Shown one piece after another: positions 16,402 through 24,643 of a stretch of DNA of 64,000 nt. Position numbers and translations under genes: made by a program. The DNA is from Patescibacteria group bacterium. Lineage in GTDB: Bacteria; Patescibacteriota; Minisyncoccia; Moranbacterales; GWC2-37-73. Under the pieces are notes generated by a model. That model had not been told where the DNA came from. It saw nothing but the letters and a program-made list of their open reading frames with translations, and made no database searches. The stretch lies in the NCBI GenBank assembly GCA_022709565.1, contig JAKLIO010000001.1, positions 150,906 to 214,905 on the forward strand, given 5' to 3'. Numbering within the stretch: the stretch's first letter is position 1; the number at the start of each line of letters is the position of its first letter.

Positions 16402-17333
16402 CTCATTAAATATGAATAAACGTCATCTTTTTTAGCAACCTTCTCCTCAAAATCATGAGGACGAAGGTTGTTTTTTATTTCTAAAATAGCATTAAAAGTT
16501 TCGTACGTTTTCAATAATATTTGGATCATTTCATGACTTACATTATTTCTTTCTTTGGACATAACATAATCGTCTCCTAATTGCTTTACTATTTCATCAA
16601 GAAACATAAAAGCCGCGTAATCATTAGCCAAATCATTACCTTCGCCTATTCTGGCGCAAAAATCATGAACATTATCTACACCCATTCCAACAATAACCAT
16701 TGGTAAATTTATTTGCCTGCCTCTTATTCCATCTATTTTTGATTGAAAATATTTTATTGAGTGCAGTCTTCCTTCTTTAATATTTTTAGTACATTTTTCT
16801 CTTTTTTCCAAAAGTTTTGATGGGGTTATTGCGGTTGTGACATCAACTAATAATCTTACAACTTCTCCATTCGGGGTTTTTATTTCTAAGACCACATCCG
16901 CTCTGGTGCTGTCTGCCATCGTATCATCAAATACTGAAAGCAGCTGTGCATGAATCTCATTTCCACTCTTTTTGTCCGATAGCAACTTCTCGCTTAGATC
17001 ATAAAAAGAATTTTCTAACACTATGCCAGAAGGCGTTGGTTTTTCCTGTTTCTTTTTCACATCTTCAACTCTTTTTTTATCTCTTTCTATCACACTTAAG
17101 CTGTAGAGGTCCTTAAAATCATCCATTTTAATTTTTCCTTTATCACTCATCTCATGATATTTCTGAAAAATTTCATATCCGGGAACAATTTTTGTTTTTT
17201 TTGTTTGAATGCTTTTATCATCTACTCCAGCGCCGGATACTGATTCCAATTGCTCAATTTTCGTGATTGGAGCTTTTCTTTTGATAAATATTGCTCCCGT
17301 TTTTGGATTTTCTATTCTTCCCATCTTATCCAT
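16398..17333 (-). CDS. hypothetical protein (311 aa), possible PD-(D/E)xK-like core
   Basis: Long clean ORF with an ATG start. The only motif hint is FDD..x12..LEIK followed by a beta-strand-like LLVDVT; no family recognised. Confidence 0.55.
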   Translation of the reverse strand: MDKMGRIENPKTGAIFIKRKAPITKIEQLESVSGAGVDDKSIQTKKTKIVPGYEIFQKYHEMSDKGKIKMDDFKDLYSLSVIERDKKRVEDVKKKQEKPTPSGIVLENSFYDLSEKLLSDKKSGNEIHAQLLSVFDDTMADSTRADVVLEIKTPNGEVVRLLVDVTTAITPSKLLEKREKCTKNIKEGRLHSIKYFQSKIDGIRGRQINLPMVIVGMGVDNVHDFCARIGEGNDLANDYAAFMFLDEIVKQLGDDYVMSKERNNVSHEMIQILLKTYETFNAILEIKNNLRPHDFEEKVAKKDDVYSYLMS

Positions 17334-17456
17334 ATTTTTACGTAATAATTATCTTATTAATATCCTTGCCTACTATTATAAGGCTATTTTAAAAAATCTG
17401 AAAGCAATATTCCCTATTGCAGTTGTGTTATTCATATCTCACGCTATACTTTATAT

Positions 17457-20153
17457 ATGAGTAAAAAACGCCTCATTTTAATCGACGGTAATGCCATCAT
17501 CCACCGGGCTTACCATGCCCTGCCGCCCCTTTCAACCAAACAGGGCGAGTTGGTTAATGCTGTTTATGGCTTCACTTCGACCCTGCTCAGCGTCATAAGC
17601 CAATTTAAGCCGGATTACGTGGTCGCCTCTTTCGATTTGGCCGGACCGACTTTCCGCCATGAAAAATTCGATGATTACAAGGCCAACCGCGTCAAAGCTG
17701 ACCAAGAACTTTACGATCAGATTCCCCGCGTCAAAGAAGTTGTTGAGACTTTCAATATTCCAATTTATGAAAAAGCCGGCTACGAAGCTGACGATATCAT
17801 AGGTACCATCGCCAAACAGGTTGAAAAAGAAAAGCTGCCGATCGAAACAATCATTGTGACCGGCGATATGGATACGCTGCAATTGGTAAACGATACGACT
17901 AAGGTTTACACTATGAAAAGAGGCCTCAGCGATTCAATTTTGTATGACGCTGAAAAAGTCTTTGAGCGCTACGGGCTAGAACCTTCTCAGCTCATTGATT
18001 TCAAAGGGCTTCGCGGCGATCCTTCCGACAACATCCCCGGCGTCAAAGGCATCGGAGAAAAAACAGCCGTAACTTTATTGCAGAAATATAAAACGCTTAG
18101 CGGCGTTTATGAAAACATCGCAGAAATTAAAGGCGCGGTCAAAGATAAGCTTGATCGCGATAAGGCTAACGCCCTGCTCAGCAAAGATTTGGCCACCATC
18201 CGTCTGAATGCGCCAGTCACATTGGAACTAGAAAAAACCAAGCTGCATGATTTTGATCGTGAAAAAATCGTAAAACTTTTCGGAGAGTTGAATTTCTATA
18301 GTTTGGTTAAGCGTTTGCCTACAACCGATTCTAATCCACAAATTACACCCGAATCTGCGAATGAAAAAACAGGGGTAAAAGATTTCAAATATGAAATTGC
18401 CGATGAAAAAAATGTTTCCGAATTGATTTCTGAATTTAATAACTCAAAAGAAATTTCAATTGCTCTCCAAATGGACAATGCAGAGCTAAAAGGCATCGCC
18501 CTTTCCTGCAAAACCGGCCGTGCCGCTTTTTTTCAAGCTTCTCCGAAAAATTTAGAATTATTGCGTCCGATTTTGGAAAATGCTGAAATAAAAAAAGTTG
18601 GCTATGATTTGAAATCGATTTTGAAAGACCTCCGCAAATCAAAAATATATTTGCGCGGAATTTTTTGGGATGTGATGATCGGCGCTTATGTTTTGAATCC
18701 GGGAGAGAAAATAACGCTGGAGAAACTGGCACTTTCAGAATTGGGAGAAGAAACAAATTTTGCTGGAAAATCCAAAGGGCAATTGTCTTTGGTTCCCGAG
18801 ACAGAAGATTCTATAGAGGCCTCTATAGAAGCCTCTAAAAAAGCTGATTATTCTTTGAAGATCAAGCAAACATTGGAAAAAAGAATTGCGGAAATCAGCG
18901 CTGAGCAGAAAAAAGCCGCCCTGACTGACGGCACGATGGAAACAGTTTTTCGCGATATTGAAATGCCACTCGTTGAAATATTAGGCGAAATGGAAATTGC
19001 CGGCATTGAAATAAATACGATTATTTTTGCGGGAATTTCCCAAAAAATCGAAAGCCGGCTGAAAAATTTGGAAAAATCAATCTATGAACTGGCCGGCAAA
19101 GAATTCAACATCAACTCGCCTTCGCAATTATCAGAAATTCTTTTTGTCACTTTGAAATTGCCGACTTTTAATATCAAAAAGGGCAAGACCGGATTCTCTA
19201 CAGCTGCGGATGAACTCCAAAAATTGCGAGAAGCTCATAAAATTATTCCGAAAATTGAAGAGTATCGTGAACTTTTCAAGCTGAAAACAACTTATCTGGA
19301 CACATTGCCCAAAATGATTGATGAAAATTCCAGATTGCACACAACTTTTAATCAAGCCGTGACCGCCACCGGCCGACTGTCTTCAACTGAACCAAATTTG
19401 CAAAATATTCCGATCAAAACTGACTTGGGACAACTCCTTCGCACCGCTTTTGTCGCCCACGCAGGATGCAAACTAATCAGCGCGGATTATTCACAAATCG
19501 ATCTCCGCGCTGTGGCGCATGTCAGCGACGACAAAAAACTGATTGAAGCTTTCCATCGTGGCGATGATATTCATCGTTTGACGGCAGCTGAAATCAATAA
19601 AGTTACGCCTTCGCAGGTTACCGACACAATGCGAAGGAGCGCCAAAGCCTTGAATTTCGGAATTATCTACGGCATGGGAGCTTATGGATTTTCTCAGTCA
19701 GCCGGAATAGGCAGAGAAGAGGCGCAGAAATTTATCAATACTTATATGGAAAAATTTTCTGATGTGGCCAGATATATGAAAGAAACGCGTGAATTCGCCC
19801 GCCAAAATGGATACGTAGAAACATTGTTAGGCAGACGCAGAAATATTCCGGAAATTAATTCACCCAACATGCAGGTTGCAGGCGGTGCCGAGCGCATGGC
19901 CATCAACATGCCCATTCAGGGCTTGGCGGCTGACATTATGAAACTGGCGATGATTGCAGTCTCAGAAAATTATAAATCTGACAAAGATATTAGAATGATT
20001 CTGCAGATTCATGATGAAATAATTTTGGAAGTTAAGGAAGATTTGGCCGATGAAGTTGCTAAAAAAGTAAAAGGTATTCTGGAAAATGTCATTAAGCTTA
20101 AAGTGCCCCTCATCGCTGATGTGAAAGTTGGAGATAATTGGGGAGAAATCTAA
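17457..20153 (+). CDS. polA: DNA polymerase I
   Basis: 5-prime nuclease N-terminus (LILIDGNAIIHRAYHAL, GDPSDNIPGV) and family-A polymerase motifs (DYSQIDLR, RRSAKALNFGIIYG, QIHDEI). Confidence 0.95.
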   Translation: MSKKRLILIDGNAIIHRAYHALPPLSTKQGELVNAVYGFTSTLLSVISQFKPDYVVASFDLAGPTFRHEKFDDYKANRVKADQELYDQIPRVKEVVETFNIPIYEKAGYEADDIIGTIAKQVEKEKLPIETIIVTGDMDTLQLVNDTTKVYTMKRGLSDSILYDAEKVFERYGLEPSQLIDFKGLRGDPSDNIPGVKGIGEKTAVTLLQKYKTLSGVYENIAEIKGAVKDKLDRDKANALLSKDLATIRLNAPVTLELEKTKLHDFDREKIVKLFGELNFYSLVKRLPTTDSNPQITPESANEKTGVKDFKYEIADEKNVSELISEFNNSKEISIALQMDNAELKGIALSCKTGRAAFFQASPKNLELLRPILENAEIKKVGYDLKSILKDLRKSKIYLRGIFWDVMIGAYVLNPGEKITLEKLALSELGEETNFAGKSKGQLSLVPETEDSIEASIEASKKADYSLKIKQTLEKRIAEISAEQKKAALTDGTMETVFRDIEMPLVEILGEMEIAGIEINTIIFAGISQKIESRLKNLEKSIYELAGKEFNINSPSQLSEILFVTLKLPTFNIKKGKTGFSTAADELQKLREAHKIIPKIEEYRELFKLKTTYLDTLPKMIDENSRLHTTFNQAVTATGRLSSTEPNLQNIPIKTDLGQLLRTAFVAHAGCKLISADYSQIDLRAVAHVSDDKKLIEAFHRGDDIHRLTAAEINKVTPSQVTDTMRRSAKALNFGIIYGMGAYGFSQSAGIGREEAQKFINTYMEKFSDVARYMKETREFARQNGYVETLLGRRRNIPEINSPNMQVAGGAERMAINMPIQGLAADIMKLAMIAVSENYKSDKDIRMILQIHDEIILEVKEDLADEVAKKVKGILENVIKLKVPLIADVKVGDNWGEI

Positions 20154-20281
20154 CCTAAATCAAAATGTAAATCTCAAAATGCAAAATGTATGGATCGCTG
20201 CGCGACAATTTTTAAAGTAATTATGAGCGAAGCGAATTCAATAATTTTTAATTTTGATTTTTAAATTTTAAATTTACTATC

Positions 20282-21211
20282 GTGCCTGAATTACCTGAAG
20301 TTCAAACCATCGTTTCGGATCTGAATCAGAAAATTGTCGGCTATACTATAGTCGATTTTTGGAGTGATTGGCCGAAAGCTATCAAAAATTTATCTTTGGA
20401 AAAATTCAAGAAAGAAATTCGAAACCGAAAAATTTTGAACGTGCGCCGGATTGGAAAAAATATTTTTATTGATTTATCTAATAATAAAACGCTGTATATC
20501 CATCTTAAAATGACAGGACACTTGCTGGTAAAACCAGCAATAACCAAGAAACCCGCCTCGACTCGCGGAGATGTCCGCTTGTCGACGCGAGGCGGGCAAG
20601 AAACAAAAACCAAAAATTATTTTGACGATAAGGTAAATGGCTATATTCATCATATCTGGAAGCTGGAAACTAAGAAGTTAAAGCCTGAGAAACTGAATGT
20701 GGAATTTTCCGATGTCAGAAAATTCGCCAAGATTGTTTTGGATGATACTAAAAAAATAAACACTCTGCCGGAAATCAAAAAACTGGGCATCGACGTGATG
20801 GACAAAAAATTCACTTTGAAAAAATTCGAAGAAATTTTAGAGAAGAGAAAAAACAGAGCTGTCGGGCTTGTCCTGATGGAACAAGAACTCATGAGCGGCA
20901 TCGGCAATATTTATCGCAGCGAAATTTTACATTTAGCCAATATCCTGCCGCAAAGAAAGATTGAATATTTATCCGGGCAGGAGCGTATTAAGCTATATCG
21001 GGCTATTTTTATTGTGCTTAAAAAAGCCATAAAGATGCGCGGAACATCCGACAGTGACTATCGCGACACCTTCGGCGCACCGGGCAATTTTCAGAAGGTT
21101 CTCAAGGTTTATCGCAAGACTGGAAAAAAATGTTCAAAATGTGCTACAATAATTAAGAAATCGACATTGGGACAAAGAAGCATTTTCTATTGTTCGCAAT
21201 GTCAACATTAA
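20282..21211 (+). CDS. mutM: formamidopyrimidine-DNA glycosylase
   Basis: GTG start giving (M)PELPEV, an H2TH region (GIGNIYRSEILH), and a C-terminal zinc finger CSKC...CSQC. Contains an extra segment, KKPASTRGDVRLSTRGGQE. Confidence 0.9.
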   Translation: MPELPEVQTIVSDLNQKIVGYTIVDFWSDWPKAIKNLSLEKFKKEIRNRKILNVRRIGKNIFIDLSNNKTLYIHLKMTGHLLVKPAITKKPASTRGDVRLSTRGGQETKTKNYFDDKVNGYIHHIWKLETKKLKPEKLNVEFSDVRKFAKIVLDDTKKINTLPEIKKLGIDVMDKKFTLKKFEEILEKRKNRAVGLVLMEQELMSGIGNIYRSEILHLANILPQRKIEYLSGQERIKLYRAIFIVLKKAIKMRGTSDSDYRDTFGAPGNFQKVLKVYRKTGKKCSKCATIIKKSTLGQRSIFYCSQCQH

Positions 21212-21232
21212 AAAAATTAATAATATAAAAAG

Positions 21233-22339
21233 ATGAGTAGAAAACAAATAGGCATATTAGTTCTTGTGGCCGCAATCATTGTCGGCGGTATTTTTTATTT
21301 CACCAAGGGACGCCAAATTTTAAGAAGTAAAAATGTTAAACAGATCGAGCTAAATCAAAAACCAGAACAAATATCTGCTCCATCCAATATTGGCGACGTT
21401 AGTCCAATTACGGGAATTGCTTGCACCAATTGGAATAAAAGAACCTATGCGGTTATGCAGCCAGCTGATACTTATGCCCGACCTTTGGCCGGATTAGGCC
21501 AAGCCGATATGGTGTTTGAAATGTCAGCCGTCTACGGCAGTATCACCCGCCTCATGGGAGTTTATGGCTGCACCACTCCGGAAGAAGTCGGATCGCTGCG
21601 CAGCGCCCGTCATGATTTCGTTCACATCGCCAAAAGTCTGGATTCAATTTATGTCCACTGGGGACGCGCTGACATCGAACAGTTTAAAGATGTTCTCAAC
21701 AGTGGCATTATAGATGATATGAACTGCAATAATGATGCAGGAAAATCAGCCGGACAATATTGTTTCAGAAAAGAAGGCATGGAACGCGGAGTTGATTCCG
21801 GCTATGCAAAATTCGCAGATCTGATTGAAGGTGCCAAAAATTTTGGATACAGCACAGAAAATAAATTTTCCGGTTATCCGCATCAGGAAGAAGCGGCTTT
21901 GGATCAAAGACCCAACGGGGGCAATTTGCGGGTAGCTTACGCTAAGCCATATGACGCGGAATATGATTACGACAAAGCCACAAATTCATACAAGAGAACT
22001 TGGGGCAGCGTTGCTGATACCGACAGAAACACGAAAGAAAGAATAGCCCCAAAAAATGTGGTTGTTATGATTGCGGATGCGGCGCCTATTAAAGTTGGCG
22101 AGCAATATGTTAATGTGCAGATTGGCGATCCATGGTTTGATAGTGCCGATTCCGGCTCAGCTTTCTATTACATGAACGGCCAGCAATACAGAGGAACTTG
22201 GAAAAAAGATAAATCAAAAATAGACAGTAAACTTTTTTTCTATGATGAATCAGGACAGGAAATAAAATTCGTGCCGGGACAGATTTGGGTTGACATTATT
22301 GATCCGGGCCAAGCTCTTCGTTGGACACCCTCGGCTTAA
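21233..22339 (+). CDS. DUF3048-family (YerB-like) membrane-anchored protein
   Basis: N-terminal TM helix. YAVMQPADTYARPLAGLGQADMVFEMSAVYGSITRLMGVY resembles the DUF3048 core (from memory). Confidence 0.6.
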   Translation: MSRKQIGILVLVAAIIVGGIFYFTKGRQILRSKNVKQIELNQKPEQISAPSNIGDVSPITGIACTNWNKRTYAVMQPADTYARPLAGLGQADMVFEMSAVYGSITRLMGVYGCTTPEEVGSLRSARHDFVHIAKSLDSIYVHWGRADIEQFKDVLNSGIIDDMNCNNDAGKSAGQYCFRKEGMERGVDSGYAKFADLIEGAKNFGYSTENKFSGYPHQEEAALDQRPNGGNLRVAYAKPYDAEYDYDKATNSYKRTWGSVADTDRNTKERIAPKNVVVMIADAAPIKVGEQYVNVQIGDPWFDSADSGSAFYYMNGQQYRGTWKKDKSKIDSKLFFYDESGQEIKFVPGQIWVDIIDPGQALRWTPSA

Positions 22340-22455
22340 ATTTTCAATTCTCAATTTACAATTTTAAATGAATTTTCAATGTACTAATTTTCCAATGTTT
22401 AAAACATTTGATCATTATGATTTGATTTAAAATTTAAAATTTAAAATTTAAAATT
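22340..22455. repeat. AT-rich intergenic element family (central AATGTTTAAAACATT palindrome, TTTAAAA heptamer tail)
   Basis: TTTTAAATGAATTTTCAATGTACTAATTTTCCAATGTTTAAAACATTTGATCATTATGATTTGATTTAAAATTTAAAATTTAAAATTTAAAATT. Homologous to 24541-24643 and 28731-28849. Confidence 0.65.
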
Positions 22456-23421
22456 GTGTTCATATTTCTATACGGCGTTGACACTTTTCGTTCATGTGAA
22501 AAGCTCAGTGCCCTCAAAAACAAATACTTAGAAAAGAATAGCTCAGGCACTGACCTGAGCGTTCTTGACTATGACGGAAACTCCGAAGTTAAAAATTTGG
22601 AAAACATCTTGTCGGCTCAAGGTCTTTTTTCCAGCAAACAATTAGTGATTATTAAAAATATTCTGACCAAAGGCTTGCTGGAGAAACAAAAAGCTGTCCT
22701 GAAATTTTTGGAATCAAATCTCAGCTTGGAAAAAGACACTGACGCAATCATCATATTTTTCGAAGAAGGCTCTCCCAAAAAAAATGGTTCTCTATTCAAA
22801 TTTCTTTTGGCTCATTCCAAAAAGCAGGAATTCGCGCCCCTGAATGGTGCTCAGCTTACCAATTGGGCCTTGGGTTATGCTAAAAGTCTTTCACCTAAGT
22901 CTCAATTTTCCCGCAGCGCGCTCAATCTTCTATTGTCGGAAACCGGCAATGACCTTTATGCTCTCAGCAATGAAATAGCCAAGCTTGTGAATTACAAAAA
23001 TGATGAAACCATCTCGGATGCTGATGTTGAGCTGTTAGTCAGATCCAAAAATGATTCTACAATTTTTGAAACCATCGAAGCGCTCTTTAGCGGCAACAAA
23101 CAACTGGCTCTCAATCTTTTTCACCAGCAAATCGCCAAAGGTGAAGATGTTTTTTATATTCTCTCCATGTATATTTATCAAATCCGCACTCTTCTAAAAA
23201 TTGGCGATTTTTATTGGCAAGGACTGACTAGCGCCTCGGAAATTGCCAAGGCTTCCAAACTGCATCCTTTTGTTGTGCAAAAATCACTTTCGCAAATCCG
23301 CAATCTCAGCGCTGAAAAAACCAAGCAGGCCCTTCGCGATTTGGCACAAATTGATCAAGACGCCAAGACCGGCAAAATCGATCCTGTTTTAGCCCTCGAT
23401 ACTTTTATTGTTTCCCTCTAA
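22456..23421 (+). CDS. holA: DNA polymerase III subunit delta
   Basis: GTG start, MFIFLYGVDTF..., size 321 aa, and the helical C-terminal half typical of HolA. Confidence 0.7.
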   Translation: MFIFLYGVDTFRSCEKLSALKNKYLEKNSSGTDLSVLDYDGNSEVKNLENILSAQGLFSSKQLVIIKNILTKGLLEKQKAVLKFLESNLSLEKDTDAIIIFFEEGSPKKNGSLFKFLLAHSKKQEFAPLNGAQLTNWALGYAKSLSPKSQFSRSALNLLLSETGNDLYALSNEIAKLVNYKNDETISDADVELLVRSKNDSTIFETIEALFSGNKQLALNLFHQQIAKGEDVFYILSMYIYQIRTLLKIGDFYWQGLTSASEIAKASKLHPFVVQKSLSQIRNLSAEKTKQALRDLAQIDQDAKTGKIDPVLALDTFIVSL

Positions 23422-23424
23422 AGC

Positions 23425-23488
23425 TTTCTTCTTTGTCATTCTCTCCTGACTAAGGAGATAATGTCATGTGCTCGTGACAAGTGAGGTT
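23425..23488 (+). repeat. 65-nt structured repeat, copy C
   Basis: TTTCTTCTTTGTCATTCTCTCCTGACTAAGGAGATAATGTCATGTGCTCGTGACAAGTGAGGTTTC. Stem 2 is replaced by TGTCA/TGACA, a compensatory change. Confidence 0.55.
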
Positions 23489-23490
23489 TC

Positions 23491-23521
23491 AAAAAACACT
23501 CCGCTGAAACGGAGTGTTTTT
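23491..23521. terminator. bidirectional terminator between holA and rpsT
   Basis: AAAAAACACTCCGctgaaaCGGAGTGTTTTT. Confidence 0.75.
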
Positions 23522-23534
23522 AATATTCTGAAAG

Positions 23535-23807
23535 TTATTTTTTCAAAGCGATTTTTTTGACCATCGCGTTTAGTCTGGATTTCTTGCGAGCCGCGGTGTT
23601 TTTCTTGATCACTTTTTTCTGAGCGGCTTTGTCGATAGCTTTAATGGCAGCCTTGAGTGATTTTTGAGCATCTTCTATTTTTCCAGCTGTTAGGGATTCT
23701 TTGGTTTGCTTTACGGCATTTTTTAGAACACCTTTAATTTTTCTGTTTTTGAGCGTTTTCCTGTCGGTCACGCGCATATACTTCTTAGCTGATTTTTTGA
23801 TTGGCAC
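23535..23807 (-). CDS. rpsT: 30S ribosomal protein S20
   Basis: PIKKSAKKYMRVTDRKTLKNRKIK...AARKKSRL. The GTG at 23807 gives a 90-aa product of typical S20 length; the track's TTG start at 23840 is the alternative. Confidence 0.85.
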   Translation of the reverse strand: MPIKKSAKKYMRVTDRKTLKNRKIKGVLKNAVKQTKESLTAGKIEDAQKSLKAAIKAIDKAAQKKVIKKNTAARKKSRLNAMVKKIALKK

Positions 23808-23915
23808 TTCGGTTTTTGAAATTTCGCATCCTGAGAGCAATAGAAAAACGAAATTTGCTAAAATTATTAATTACAAGCTTCTTATATTATTAACATATTA
23901 TTTTGATTCTGGCAA

Positions 23916-24042
23916 CCCCGCACTAAATTGGCACTGCGCCAAAGGCGCAAAAGCAAATCAAAACATGTTTTATCAAAATATTTCTTTTCAATATTGCCTG
24001 ATAGACGAAAAAATTTTAAAAAAGTACCAAATTAGTGCGGGG
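23916..24042. mobile_element. MITE-like element with about 19-bp terminal inverted repeats
   Basis: Left end CCCCGCACTAAATTGGCACTGCGCCAAAGGCGCAAAAGC; right end GTACCAAATTAGTGCGGGG; 127 bp, non-coding, flanked by CAA on both sides. Confidence 0.5.
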
Positions 24043-24064
24043 CAATAGTTCGCTTGCTCATAAC

Positions 24065-24092
24065 AAAATCCCCTGCTCAAGCGGGGGATTTT
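24065..24092. terminator. terminator downstream of hup
   Basis: AAAATCCCCTGCtcaaGCGGGGGATTTT. Confidence 0.7.
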
Positions 24093-24136
24093 ATTTCCAT
24101 CTTTTGTTTTTTATCTAAAAGGTTTTAAAAGACAGA

Positions 24137-24418
24137 CTATTTAACAGCTTCCTTAAGAGCTTTGCCAGCCGTAAATTTAGGCACAGTCATAGCTGGGATT
24201 TGGATTTTTGCCTTTGTCTGAGGATTAATTCCTTCGCGGGCAGCTCTGTTTGAAACTCTGAAAGTTCCGAATCCTGTCAAAGTAACCTTGTTACCCTGTC
24301 GGATTTCTGTGGTGATTTTTTCTTCGAGAGCCTCAATAACGCTTTCAACAGCCTTTTTTGCCAAGTCAGTTTTAGCTGCAATTGCATCAACCAAAGCATC
24401 TTTGTTTACATTAGCCAT
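24137..24418 (-). CDS. hup: HU-family nucleoid DNA-binding protein
   Basis: MANVNKDALVDAIA...GFGTFRVSNRAAREGINPQT; 93 aa. Confidence 0.9.
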   Translation of the reverse strand: MANVNKDALVDAIAAKTDLAKKAVESVIEALEEKITTEIRQGNKVTLTGFGTFRVSNRAAREGINPQTKAKIQIPAMTVPKFTAGKALKEAVK

Positions 24419-24540
24419 AGTATCACCTGCCTTTCTAGTTTTGTTTTATAATTTATCTACATTGATCACTTCTATATTCTACTCTTTTTCCCACAAATAA
24501 AGCAAATATGTTATACACACCGCCCAAAGGAAGAATTTTA

Positions 24541-24643
24541 AATTTCTAATTTTAAATTTTTAATCAATTTTGAATGAATTAATTTCTTAATGTTTAAAAC
24601 ATTATGATTTTATTCGAAATTCAAAATTCATAATTCGAAATTA
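24541..24643. repeat. AT-rich intergenic element family member
   Basis: ..TTGAATGAATTAATTTCTTAATGTTTAAAACATTATGATTTTATTCGAAATTC.. Confidence 0.6.

Noticed and set aside
22418-22455. Short tandem arrays (TTTAAAA x4 and similar at 28815-28850 and 20240-20280) considered as possible CRISPR or other arrays.
   Set aside because: The period is 7-9 nt with no unique spacers, and there are no cas genes. These are simple AT-rich micro-repeats.
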